DNA of 63,326 bases, counting the filler, from Cercozoa sp. M6MM (lineage: Eukaryota > Protista > Endomyxa: Ascetosporea), in assembly GCA_040357565.1 (NCBI GenBank). It is 11 parts of 11 records of this genome, joined end to end, with 100 filler letters (N's around TTAATTAATTAA, not from the genome) between each part and the next. Parts side by side here need not be neighbours in the genome. Positions count along the whole stretch, not along the records: positions 46,771 to 58,094 come from JBDODJ010000405.1; positions 58,195 to 61,648 come from JBDODJ010001449.1; positions 61,749 to 63,326 come from JBDODJ010001988.1; 8 more parts are not named here. The stretch is one strand, 5' to 3'. The first letter of the stretch is position 1. Each line of letters begins with the position of its first letter. The notes under the pieces are model-generated. The model had not been told where the DNA came from. It made no database searches and saw only the letters and a program-made list of their open reading frames with translations. The translations under genes were made by a program, and so were the position numbers. Positions 51,118 to 63,326 of this stretch are shown in pieces.

Positions 51118-54072
51118 CTATTTACTTGAAGGATTGTGCGGTAAGTCCTCCAAAATACAATGCGCAGCTTCACGTAGTTCGCTGTGACCACCCACACACA
51201 CTCTCTTGAGAAAGAGAAAGTGACCTTTGATTGAGGACAGGAGTATATTGTACCTGGCGTGGTAAGCAGAAAGATCAAACGGCTCAGGTTTGGTGACGCC
51301 GTCGGGTTGGTAGTTGACCCGTCGATCAGCCTCCTGTGCCTTGCGCTTCTCCTCTGCGAGGTGGCGAGCCTTCTTTCGGAAGTCCATGAAGCGGTCAAGT
51401 CCTCGCACAATGACAGGCTGCGTGGGCTGCTTGACTCGAGCAAAGCTGCGCGGTTGGAAGGTGCACTCTTGACTCTCAATCCTCTCGCGGCGAGCTTTGA
51501 TCTGCGACACCTGTCGCCGCTGCGTGTCGCGCTTGTCCTCGATTCTTTCAATGATTGAAACCGGAGTGAGTCGATCGAAGCAGTAGCTACGTTCGGCCAC
51601 TCGACGTGCGTCAACGAAGGACGGAAGCGGAGTCTTTCTTTTCTTGCGAGAGGGTACTTGATCGGACGAGTCTCGCGCTTCGTCAATTCGGCCATACACC
51701 CGAGCGAGCTGCTTCTTTGCGCCTACTCTGGCCAGTGCGGCCCATCTGTCTCCTCCTCGTTCGAGTTTGGCCTCGCTTTTCCTCTTGGCGACAATCTCCT
51801 GCGACCTCTTGTTGATGGCGGGACGGAAGGTACAGCCTGCCTCCTGGATCACTTGTTGTGACCGGTGTATTCTCCTTCGCTCGCGTTGCAGCCAGTCACC
51901 GAACGAAAGGCGAGTGTCCCGTTCTTCGGGAGTTTCGTACATTACGTCGACCGTGCATGCTGGTTTCGGCGCATGTTTTGTCCGTGTTTTCGACCTGCGA
52001 CGATGCTGTTGGTCCCACTGTCGTTGCGCAGCGATTCGTTTCTCTGCTTTCTTTCGTTCAGCTTCTTCGGCTTGCTGCTCCTGTCGCATCAGAAAGTCCG
52101 GCACCTGCAGCAGCACTTAGCAAGTTCTAAATTTACTCCTACCTACCTGTATGTTTTACTACTTTAATTTACGTACCTGCTTCCCGCAAACACGAGCTCG
52201 CATGCAGATTTCATTCGATCGTTCGTTAACCTTTGGCTCAAATTTGAGTTCGCGCTCGGTGCTCTCGAGAAAAAGCTTGCGCGACCTGTCCAGCGTCTTG
52301 GCGAGTTGTCTTTGCTGGTGCTCTCTTAACAAACGTTCTCCGGCATTGGCTTCTTCTTCTCCTGGAGCCTGAGGAAGACCGTGAAGCAAGCGGTGCACCT
52401 CTGTGCCCGTGCAAGAAGAGGAATCGTCACGATCGTCAGTTCTTTTGTCGCGCGATTGCCGGCGGTGTGACACGACGTGCTGCAACTGTTGTTTGGCTGC
52501 GTTTTCGCGACGCTTTCGTGCCTTTTCGGCGATCTTTTTCGAGAGTGAAGAGAGTCTTGGACGAAACCGCTGGTCTCGGGCTTCTTGTATCTGTTGTCTT
52601 CGCGCGTCAAGGTAGGCTTTCCTCTGCCGTTGGATTTCGGCGGCACGTTCATGCACAGGAACGTAGCCACTTTTTTCAGCTCGTCGGCGACTGGCCTCGC
52701 AGATCTTTGGTCGAAACGAGGCCGTCATGGTTTCTGTTTTCCGCTGCTCTTCTCGGAGCTCCTGCAGACGCTTCATCTTGGCGAATCTCGCTGCGTAGAG
52801 ACGGCTCGCGGTCTCTTCTGAAGAGGATCGTCGCACATGTTGCTGTAGCTCTCCTTTCAGCACCTTCGATTTTCTCCCTTTAAAAGTACTCTGCCGCTGG
52901 CGAGTTTTTTCGCGCGAGGGAAGGTTGGGTTGAAAGGTGCAAAGTCGTTCGAGCTGCTTCTCTTGTTTTCGCTGCTTGCGCCGAGACAGTTCGGCCCGCT
53001 CCTCCAAATGTTTCTTCCACATGGCGCCTCGTTTCTCTCTAACAAAAGCAATGAAGGGTATCGACACACTTGCAATATAGAGGAGTCTCGTACAAAGAAA
53101 CTTGAGAAAGCGACTGCCGGTGAACCTTTCGTGAGAGAGCTGTTGTCGCTGTGCTAACCTCGGATATTTCCGAACAACCGGAGGTGCTGCCGGCGTCGTC
53201 TTTGTTCGCATCCCTTGCCGCAAAATCGAAAAAACTTGTGGCATGCCTGCTCTCTTTGGCAGGTAAAGACGGGCTTTTCGTGTGTGCAGAGACATCTGGA
53301 GGTCTGGGAGGAGTTTCTTCTGCCAAGCTGGATTTCAGAAAGCGGCTCGATCTGCGACTGAACTCGTCACTGGAGGCGTGGCTAGACACCCGACTAGAGC
53401 TACAACTGGATTCACCGCTGGACTTATGCGTGGACTGATGACTCGAGGCATGGCTGGACACTGATACGCGGCTTTCTCTGTCGGACCCATGGACGGAAGC
53501 TCCAGCAGACTCGACCATGTGCGGCCCTTCGCCCTCACTGCTTATCGCCGATTGTGCCTCGAAAAAACCGGGAGCGTCATCTATCACACGGTCGTCAATG
53601 ACCTGTTCGCTCACACTGCGAGCAGAAAATGCTCCATGAGAAAGCGCGTCGCTTGCTTTCTCGATTTCTGTCGCAGGAAAACCCTGCCGAGGTGAGTCAA
53701 ACTCGACGCCCAGATGCAACGTATCGTCTGTCAACAAGGTTATCGATGGCTAGAACCCAAGGGAGAATGCTCAGGTAATACACGTACCGTGACCACCACC
53801 ACGTGTTGCATCATGGTTGGACGAACGTAGTTGCACTTCGGCCTGAAACCTGTCCAGGTCTGGCGTGCGTGTCTCACCAAGACCCTGCTGTCGTGACTGC
53901 AAGCGATGTTTGTGCCTTCGCCTGTGCCGTCGCGAGCGAGGGAGTGCAGGCATATCAGTATCAGTGTCTTATTCCAGAGTCCAGGCACGCTCGCACCCGA
54001 GCTTGAGCTTTCTTTTTGACAGTATCTTTCGGGTATTTTGTCTGGAGTGTGCAAAAACGAATTCTCTCCCAT
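51118..54072 (-). CDS. Basic coiled-coil protein with repeated (C)TF.P.I motifs (putative microtubule-associated)
   Basis: Large exons 51255-52086, 52170-53040 and 53100-53750 joined by short introns. Motifs LCTFQPNL, ASFRPKI, RFRPRLS, LKFEPKVNERS, CTFRPAINKRS, ECTFQPRS, TKPEPFDLS. Confidence 0.6.
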
Positions 54073-54139
54073 CCGCGCGGTTGTTCGACCCTCTTCAATG
54101 AAGGGTGTTTAACCAAACTTGAGTTGGGGTGAACCACGA

Positions 54140-57014
54140 ATGATGTCTGAAACCAAAGGCGAGCTTCACGAATGCGTACGAGTGGCAGTTCGGTTCGTGC
54201 AATTTATTTCCCGATGCACTCCAGTGAACATTGATGCCGTTTCTGGTTCATGGTGTAGGTGCCGGCCGATGCTTAAGCATGAAGAAGGAAAAACATGCGT
54301 ATTAGTGCAGGAGCCGAATCGTGTACAGTGCACGACTGACCGACGCAAACGACAAGCGAAAGCCTTCTCATTCGACCGTGTATTTGGTCCTCAAAGCTCT
54401 CAGGAGAAAGTGTACGATGAAATGGTAAGACCGCTGGTTGAGTCGGTTTTAAGTGGCTACAATGCTACCGTCTTCGCTTACGGCCAAACTGGCACCGGAA
54501 AAACACATACGATGCAAGGTGACGTCGCTCGTGAGGAAGGTGGAGACCTTCCTTCTCAAGCTGGCGTGATTCCACGCGCTCTGCATCACCTGTTCGGAGA
54601 TACGGGCATGTACGACGAAACGTTTGAAGGCACTGAGTTTTTGGTACTGCCTTAATCGAAAGCCTTCCAAGTTGTTCGAGAAGACAGTCGCCCCTTTAGG
54701 TTACTGCTTCGATGATTGAGATATACAACGATAGAATCTACGACTTGCTTGCTCCACGTGAGTTCCATGTCACGTCTTCTTTTTAATCCAGCTGCAGATC
54801 TATCTAAACACATTTGCTGTAAATTTATGCAGAAGAAAACCAACGTGGTCGTCTTTCAATCAAAGAACACCCGCAGAAGGGAGTGTATATACACGGAGCT
54901 GCGCGGAGGACTTGTGCCACCGCGAAAGCTGTCCATGAGTGCCTCCAGGAAGGTGCAAAGCGTCGACACGTAGCTATGACCGGTATTTTCTTTCTCACGT
55001 AATGTGTATGCACAGATCTCAATGACTCAAGCGTACTATCATAGATATGAACCGCGATTCAAGCCGCTCTCACTGCGTATTCACACTTGTCGTCGAAACC
55101 CAAAAAGACGAACAGTTCAGGCGCGGAAAGCTGCACTTGGTTGACCTCGCTGGTAGTGAGCGTCAAAGAAATGTAACTTACCATAGATTACTTGTGTGTA
55201 TGAGCACTGCGATATCACAGAGGTTTCCAGAGTGGTGCTGAAGGCGTTCGCCTGAAAGAAGCGGCGCAAATCAACCTCTCGCTGTCATCGTTGGGAAACG
55301 TTATCCACGCACTCACGGGTCACAAGCCAGATATGCACATTCCATACCGAGACAGCAAACTCACACGCCTGCTCCAGGATTCACTCGGAGGAAACGCTCG
55401 AACCGCGATGATTGCCAACATTGGTAACACCTCTTTTAGTTCTTGCACGAAAGAGACAAGATCTCAAAGGATCGTGTAGGTCCATGCGAGAGGCACATGC
55501 AAGAAACCTTAAGCACACTTCGCTTTGCGGGTCGAGCGAGGCGAGTCCAAAACACACCTCACATCAACGAAGATGCGAAGGATGCCTTGATGAGAAAGTA
55601 GTTCCTGCATATTAACTTTCGTGGCTTCTTAATTGCACCTGGTCAATCGTATCAACAATTCTTACTGGGTCTTATGCGAGATAGATACCATGATGAAATC
55701 GAAGAACTCAAGAAGCAACTCCAGTTGGCGCAGTCAGATTCAGGGTACTGTATCTATCAGCAGACATTTAGATCTTTTCTTTTTCAATGGGCAATACGTG
55801 TAGACATCTACGAGAGCCAGTCCAGTCGCAGCGGCAGGCACGTCTTAGTTCCGTCCAAGAACAGATAGCGCAAGAGAGAGAAGCAATGAGGTACCGTGAT
55901 TTCAGAGCTCTGACTCTAACACGCGATGAGTTTGTGTGTGAAAAAGACTAAAGCTCGAAGCGGAAACGGCGCAGCTGTTGCAGCTGACACAGCAAGAAAA
56001 GGAGCGACGCCACTCAGCTGAAAACACGTTGGCTCGATATCAGGACTCAATTGCCGCGCGCCAGCGGAGACAAGATGAGCTGCAACAGAGACTCAAAGCT
56101 CTGCAGCAGAAACTGGTACAACGTGAAGCACTCGTGAAAACGGCAAAGAAGCGCAGACGTGAGCGTACGTTGCGATACTCATTTTTCCGCGATTGTGATG
56201 GGTTGACTGCTTGGAATAGTGGAAGAAGCCGAGCATAGCTTGCAAAACAAGCAGCGAGAACAAGAAGAGAAGTCGAGACGACTCGAAGCACAGCGTGCGG
56301 CGGCAACTCCGCTGAGGGCAAGACATGCTTCCATCGAAGAGCAAGTTGCCGAGACAAGGAAGGCGTTGCAACGCGCACGCGAGACACTTCACGTCGCACG
56401 CGAGGAGCGCGACGACCTACTCGACGAGACACAGCAACAGAGAGAGCAGCTGCTCGACATTGTGCGAGAACTGTCGCATCAGATCGCCTTTCGCGAAGAA
56501 GTGCTCGCACGTTTCGTACCTCGCTCCCAGCTGCGACGTCTTCGCCGTCGCCTGATTCCTGTGAGTGAAGGTACTTGTGCACTTAACCTACTATTCTCAC
56601 TCAAAGAGCACGTCGCTGATGCTGTGGTTCAGAGGGTTCGATCGAATGGAAACTTAAGCCGCCGAAACGAAGGAACCTCCGTGCACGGGCTGGACCGATC
56701 CCGATCGACTCGCACTCTAGTCTATGTGCCCTCCTCGGAAGTACAAGTGCACGCTGGGTACTACTCTTCAGACACTTTTTGAAATAACTACTTATCCCCA
56801 ATTACGATGCGACAGCGGCACGAAAACGTCCTGACACTGACACCTCAGATACCAGCCCGCGCGACGAGAGATTGGCAGGGGCCGTTGCCTGCGCACGCGC
56901 AGTGACCACGGTCGAGTAGCAAGGAGAGTCGCGTCGTAACCTGTATGCCGGCGTCGCCTACCATCCGTAGCATTAACATGACACCAGCGCGACAATGATG
57001 CGACTATTGACTAA
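54140..57014 (+). CDS. N-terminal-motor kinesin, kinesin-2 (KIF3)-like
   Basis: [116 protein letters not shown], followed by a coiled coil. Confidence 0.9.
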
Positions 57015-57080
57015 CGTGACCACTCAGCATGGCAACGCAACCAAGTTAAATTAGTTTGTTAAATTCTGAAAGAACATGTG

Positions 57081-57380
57081 TCGTTGAGGTACGGGGTCGT
57101 TCATTGCGCGTCCTCGTAGACTCCCTTGCGTCGACGTTCGCCCTACAGCAGTATCGCCTCAGTCCTGGTTGGCTTCCAGTGACCCTCCGTGTCTTTGGCG
57201 TCACACGGTGGTGGCCTGGCGTCGACAGCCACAGTCGTTAGGTCAGGTTGGTAATTTGGTTGCTCCAGGATCGCGAAGAAGATGACGACGGTACACGGCA
57301 AGACGTCGCGCGGCACACCTTTGCTTGAGCCAAGCGGCCACGGCGGGTGACTCTAGATCTCGCGTCCAGACGGAGTATCA
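57081..57380 (+). repeat. Dispersed repeat A+B composite copy (probable transposon remnant)
   Basis: Homologous to 44435-44570 (minus) and 45345-45485 (plus). Confidence 0.75.
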
Positions 57381-57676
57381 TTGTTCCCACTCGACTGGCC
57401 TTAGAACTATCGTATGACAGCCGGCATACTGCAGCCAAATTACCAGACTACGCACAAGGTAGCTACGCTAGCGTAGCGTAGCGTTGTAAAACTGGATCCA
57501 CACGTTATGGTCGGGTACTGGTTAACGTAACTGTACGTGTACGTACGTGCACGGCAGTGGTTCAACGCATTTAGAACACCATGACATCGCGCCGGTCTGA
57601 CGTCGCGTGAGTTCCCTTGTCACGTCACCCTCACGGTGAACTAGTGCGTGGTCGTATCAGCACGCCCCTTAGTCAG

Positions 57677-58050
57677 TCAAACCGAACGGAGCAGCAAAGG
57701 GACACTCAAGCTCCGCGTTCCTCGTCTACAGCAGGCAGACAGGCCGAGCATGATGCAACTCAAACAAGGTTCGAAAAAAGGAGAGGGTACGTGTTCCAGG
57801 TGCAGTGCCACGAGGTCGCCCGTGCCGGCGCAGTAGACACGGTCCAGCAGAGCGAGTGACAAGTCGATACCTAAGACAACACAGTGCAAACATACATACA
57901 CATAGACCGCGACACATCCACAGCGAACCATGATACCAGCAGAGACGCCACCGCACGTGGCAACAGGAGCCGTCTCGGCCACGGAAGTGTCGATAACGTA
58001 CCTGGCCTCCTCGTCCATCGTTCCGTATGCCGTGCCTGCTCATCAGAAAT
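57677..58050 (-). CDS. DJ-1/PfpI (ThiJ, isonitrile hydratase-like) family protein, 3' part
   Basis: ARYVID..VATCGGVSAG/IDLSLALLDRVY..GDLVALHLEHVP matches the T.GGVSAGID.AL...A..LEY motif. Confidence 0.7.
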
Positions 58051-58203
58051 CATCAACACGCACGTAGACATGTGTATCTATGGGGGGGGGGGGGNNNNNN
58101 NNNNNNNNNNNNNNNNNNNNNNNNNNNNNNNNNNNNNNTTAATTAATTAANNNNNNNNNNNNNNNNNNNNNNNNNNNNNNNNNNNNNNNNNNNNGGGGGG
58201 ACA

Positions 58204-61200
58204 CCTCACAGTGACGCGGATGGCCGACTGCATGAAGGCCGAGATGAAACGCGGCTGTAGCGTGTCCGCGCGGAGCCAAAGTCGCATCAAGTCCTCGGCC
58301 ACGGCGTGCTGCATCCGCTCCAGCGAGGTCAGCATGGCACTCAGCTTGCTCTGCTTGATGTGCAGCTCGTGCGTCAGCAGGCCGAACGACATCTCGAAGG
58401 CCGCGCACCACAGCGCATCCGTCGCCTCCGCTTCCGCCGCAGTCCGCGCGGACGCCTCCTTCAGGTCAAAGCGCTGACACATCACCGGCCGCGACCACCG
58501 CAGCAGTCGCACCGCCAGCAGCAGCTACCGGGGGGAGGGGGGACGAGGGGTAAAAGGGTAGGGGATAAGGGGTAGGGATGGTAAGAGGAAGATCGGGGGT
58601 GGGGGGGGGGTGGGGTAGGAGGGTGAGAGGGGGCAACCTCGGACACGCGCAGGCCGACCCACTCGACCGGGAAGCTCGAGTCGGCCACCATGCGGCGCAG
58701 CAGACGGAAGGCCTGCGTGAACAGCGAGAGCACCTCGGCGCGGCCCAGCTGCTGCTCCATCTCGAGCAGCGCCTCGGCCATGCGACTCGTGGCACGCACG
58801 TGCGGGATCAACTGCTCCTCACTGTCAGTGGCACCGTCACTGGCACCGTCAGTGGTATCAGTGGCACCACCACCAGTGACACCGTCACTCACACGTGGCT
58901 GCAGCAGGTCCATGATGTCGCACAGCATCGTCACCACCTCGCGTTGCAGGCACACCTGCGTCTGCTCCGGCGGAACCTGTCGGGGGGGGGCCCCCCCAAG
59001 GGGGAGGGGTAGGGGGTAGGGGGTAAACCTGCGACGCCGTCAGCACAGGCACAATGCGTCCACGTGCCGATCGCGCCAGTCGACCATCGAAGCGCGCCAG
59101 TGTCTCCTACCGACAGAGTGACAGTGAGCACGTGCCACCCAGTGTGCAACCACCCCGGTGTATCACGTGTCCACTGGTACCAAACTGCGAGTCAAGTCGC
59201 CGCCAGGCAGACTCGCGTGCACGCGCAGCAGCACGAACAGCAGCTGCCACAGCTGCACCTCCAGCGGCTCGTGCTGTTTCTGCGACTGCAGGGGGGGGGG
59301 GGGGGGTAAGCGGGGGGGGGCCCCGCCCCCCGCGGGGGGGGGGGTAAGGGGCACCAGGAAGCGCGCCTGCAGGTCACCGTCGTTGATGAGAAGCAGCGCC
59401 ATCTTGGCAATGCTCAGAGCGATGAGGCGCTCCTCCAGCGTCGAGTCGCCGCGCGTGTGCTGGTGCAGGTGCCGCGCGAAGGCCGGCAGCGTCTCGATCA
59501 CCGTGTCCAACTCGCTCGAACGCAGCCAGAACGCACGCCTGGGGGGGGGGTAGGGGATGGGTTCGGGTAAGGGATGGGTTAGGGTAGGGGATGGGTTAGA
59601 GGATGGGTTAGGAGCAAGGGGTACATGACATGCAGCTTGTGCAGGTTGATCTGATGGTTGGTGCTCGTCGTGCTGTCCAGGAAGGCGCACACCAGACGAC
59701 ACAGTCCACTCGGCGTCAGCAGAGGCGCCGACGGTGTACGGGCCGCCTGCAGCACATCCACTGTCGCCGGGAAGTCTTGCAGAATGAAGCCGTGCAGCGG
59801 CAGTGCCCTGGGGGAGGGGGATAAAGAGGGGGTAAAGAGGGGGGGNNNNNNNNNNNNNNNNNNNNNNNNNNNNNNNNNNNNNNNNNNNNNNNNNNNNNNN
59901 NNNNNNNNNNNNNNNNNNNNNNNNNNNNNNNNNNNNNNNNNNNNNGGGTACCCACTGCTGTTGTGACACAAAACGCGGAAGAAGTGGCCCAGCGAGCGCG
60001 ACATCTACAGGGGGTAGGGGTGGGGGTAAAGGGGGCAGGGGGCGGGGGGGGGGGCAAACCTTCTTGATGGTGGCGAAACGCGGATCGCGCATGACACTGA
60101 CGGTGGAGACGGCGGAAACGCCACCGTCCGTACCGTCAGTAGTAGCGTCAGTGACCACGTGCGACAGTAGCCACTGCAGCAACTCCACAAAGGAGTCGTA
60201 CGCCTTCACTCCCACGGCCGGCCATTCTTGCAGACGCGCCTCCTCGTACAGGTCAAAGCACACGGCCCACCTGTCCATCCGGGAGGTAAAGAGGGGGGTA
60301 AAGGGGGGTAAAGGGTGAGGCTAAGCCTACTCTTTCGCAGTCGTGTTGAGATCGGCAAAGATGCCAACCAGCACCTCGAATGCCGGCATGCGCAACTACC
60401 GGGAGGGGGTAAGGAGTAATAGGGGGGATGGGGGGGGGGGGGACAAACCTGCTCACACGACACAAGCATGGCCAGCAAGGCGTCCAGCACAGTGGGAAAC
60501 ATGTGCATCACAAGGTCATTCGGCTTCTTCTGAATGTTGCGCAGCGTGCTCTTCATCTGCTCGACCACGCCGATCGGCGTCTGCACGGCGCCGCCTGCCG
60601 TCTGCTTCCTGCCGGGGGGGGGGGGGGGTAAAGGGTAAAGGATAAAGGGGTAGGGTAGGGGGGGTAAAAGCCTACCAGGAGCCTTTGCTGAGCCACTGCG
60701 CCAGTTGGAACAAATCCGGATCGGCCGTCATGCCAGTCGAGCATACCTGAGGAGGGGGTAAGGGGCGGTTAAGGGGGTGGGTGGGGTCAACGGGGTGGGT
60801 GGGGGTTAAGGGGGTGGGACAAACCTCCAGTCGCACGTGCAGACGCTGCTTGGTGAGCGACTTTTCGAGAAGCGACTCAGCATCGGGCCGGCCAAAGTTC
60901 TGCACGACCTCGGACTTGGGCTTGTAGCACGGCACGGCCAGGTCGCGGCAGGCCTGCAGAGCGCCCGTGTTGCGATCGATGACAGGCAGCCAGGCCACGG
61001 CGAAGGGTTCCGGACTCGTCTTGTCCTTGCTGCTGCGGTGCATGACCTCAAAGTACAGCACGCAGGCATGCACACTGTCGAAGTCACTGGGCAGTCGCAT
61101 GTGCAGTCGCTCCTGCCACTGCGGCGAGTTCGTGTGGTACAGCACGAAGCTTTCAAACGCGTCCTCCGACTGCGCCATCGGCCCGGTGCCGCGACTGAAG

Positions 61201-61633
61201 GCGCCGCGAATGTTCGCACCTGTGCGCATGTCTCGCAGGTGCACACGCACCTGTACATTCTTGGCGCTCTTCTTGCGCCCTTGCAGAAAGTCGCCCGCCA
61301 CTCTGTACCATCAGGGTATGGGGAGGGTGTAAGGGGGGTAGGGGGGGGGGGGGGGGGTACAAGTTGAGAAACACGTCCTCGCGAGTAACGCCCGACATCA
61401 CACTTCGGTCCAGTGCGAACAAGTCGCAACTGCAGGGAGAGGATGAGGGGTAGGGCGAAAGAGAGGGTAGAGGGGTAGGGGTAAAGAGGGGGGGTAAAGA
61501 CGTACATTGGCGTGGCAGCGTCGAGTACGCCATCCTCACAAGGCGCATCAGGCAGACACGTGATCAGTTTGAGTGCCGACGCGATGCCGATCGAGTGTGG
61601 CGCCTGTTCGATTGGCGCACTCTTGTCTACCAT
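58204..61633 (-). CDS. DOCK: DOCK-family (DOCK180-type) Rho GEF, internal fragment with the DHR-1 C2 domain
   Basis: REDVFLNLVAGDFLQGRKKSAKNVQVRV..FESFVLYHTNSPQWQERLHMRLP..LYFEVMHRSSKDK..PFAVAWLPV..VCSTGMTADPDL..FPTVLDALL. Confidence 0.9.
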
Positions 61634-61748
61634 GCGGGGGGGGGGGGGNNNNNNNNNNNNNNNNNNNNNNNNNNNNNNNNNNNNNNNNNNNNTTAATTAA
61701 TTAANNNNNNNNNNNNNNNNNNNNNNNNNNNNNNNNNNNNNNNNNNNN

Positions 61749-63250
61749 TGTCGCTGCCGTCGCCGCTGCAGGTGCGAGCTGTCTTACCCCCCCCCTCAGT
61801 CCCCCTTTACCCTCCAGTACCCCCTACCCCACCCCAAGTAGGACACGTCGGAGGACTCGCTGCGGCGGCAGACGGACTGCACGCGCGCACTGCCGATGCC
61901 GCTGTCTCTCCGACTGGTACCTCTCTCTTGTCCGTTTGGACCTGTCTCTCCCGGGTGGACCTGTACAGATGGACCTGTACATATGGACCTGTCCCAGGTG
62001 TACCTGCGTATGTACAAATGTACCGTGTGGACAGGTGGACCCGGTGCTGGTGCTGTCGCTCGGCGCGGCCAACAAAGTTTTGCTGCGCAAGGACGTCGAG
62101 CTGCCCGAGGAGCGTGGTAGCTTTACCCCTCCCCCCTACCCCCTTACCCCCTACCCCCTTACCCCCTGACCCCCTCTCCCCATGGTAGAGCACGAGACGG
62201 GCGAGGGACCGTCGACGGCGCTGCGCTTCCGCAGCGTGCGGCAGGTGTTCGCGCCGGCCGTGACTCCAACGGCGCCGCCCTTCCTGCCTGTCGATGTTGG
62301 TGCGTGGGCTTTACCCCTCGCCCTACCCCTTTATACCCCCCTCTTTACCCCCCTCCTCCGAGGCAGGCAGCGACCTGCATGCGGCCCTGTCGCGACAGGT
62401 GTCGAGCGATGATGTCAGTGTTGATGTCACCGTCAGTGTGGGTGATGATACCACTGATCGCACTGATGATCGCACTGATGATGCCACTGGTGGCACCACT
62501 GGTGCCACGTGTGACACGCGGCGACTGCAGCAGCGTCGACTGGCGCAGCAGCAGGAGTGGCGCCGACTGCGACTGCTCTTCCAGTCCGTCGGCGGCCTGC
62601 GGTACCCTTTACCCCCCTCTTTACCCCCCTCTTTACCCCCCTCTTTACCCCCCTCTTTACCCCNNNNNNNNNNNNNNNNNNNNNNNNNNNNNNNNNNNNN
62701 NNNNNNNNNNNNNNNNNNNNNNNNNNNNNNNNNNNNNNNNNNNNNNNNNNNNNNNNNNNNNNNACCCCCCTCTTTACCCCCCTCTTTACCCCCTTTACCC
62801 CCCTGCCGGGACAGAGTGCTGTGCGACCCGCTGCTGTCGCTGCGCGGCTGCGTCGTTCTGGCCGACGCCGCCGTTCGCGACATCTGCAGTCCGCAGGTAC
62901 ACGCCACGTGTCTCATTGAGTGACCACTGAGTGATCACTGAGTGACCACTGAGAGTGATCGATCAATGTGACACATGTGTAGGCACCTGAGACCTCTCTG
63001 CTGGCCAGTGCGCTGCGTCGTTTGGCGTGTCTCTGCGAGGACATGCTGTCGGCCGCCCTGAGGTACATGTGGACTCCTGTACATATGGACTCCTGTACAT
63101 ATGGTCTCCTGTACATATGGACTCCTGTACATATGAACTGTACGTTGTCGGGTTTGTCCTGGACAGGTCGACCGAGGACTTTCACCGGCAGCTGCGCGCT
63201 CATCGCGCCGACGCTGCGACGCTCTGCGCCGTGGCCGAGACGGCGCTGGG
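61749..63250 (+). CDS. Internal exons of a hypothetical protein
   Basis: GC-rich exons (VDPVLVLSLGAANKVLLRKDV.., VLCDPLLSLRGCVVLADAAVRDIC..) between repeat-filled GT-AG introns. Confidence 0.45.
63065..63140. repeat. Intronic 16-bp tandem repeat (ggactcctgtacatat)
   Basis: About four copies are visible. Confidence 0.85.
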
Positions 63251-63326
63251 TTTTACCCCCCTGTTTACCCCCCTGTTTACCCCCTGTTTACCCCCCTGTT
63301 TACCTCCCTGTTTACCCCCCTGTTTA

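Noticed and set aside
57462-57477. Perfect 16-bp palindrome gctacgctagcgtagc
   Set aside because: Short, embedded in cgtag/gtac slippage sequence, with no supporting context.

Overview
Eukaryotic, intron-rich, gene-dense protist-like DNA. The window is an artificial concatenation of about 11 scaffold fragments joined by N..ttaattaattaa..N spacers, with additional 100-N gaps inside scaffolds. The six-frame ORF track is mostly misleading because genes are split into short exons by GT-AG introns, many filled with microsatellites and TTTACCCCCC-type repeats. Manual splicing recovers an F-BAR-RhoGAP, a TUG/ASPSCR1-like UBX protein with an extra PUB domain, a DHHC palmitoyltransferase, PRPP synthetase, a COPI-associated/Tvp15-like protein, SNIP1, a PP4R1-like HEAT protein, an Est1/SMG7-like protein, PP5, two kinesins, RRP40, a CHD helicase, an ABC1/ADCK kinase, strumpellin, a DH-PH RhoGEF, a DJ-1/PfpI protein, DOCK, several hypothetical genes, and decayed Ty3/Gypsy and LINE remnants. 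The standout is a gene of more than 30 exons (7446-15041, minus strand) whose spliced frame appears to fuse a 2OG-Fe(II) dioxygenase, an F-box and a divergent actin fold in one polypeptide. All exon models are manual readings and have not been checked against RNA or databases.
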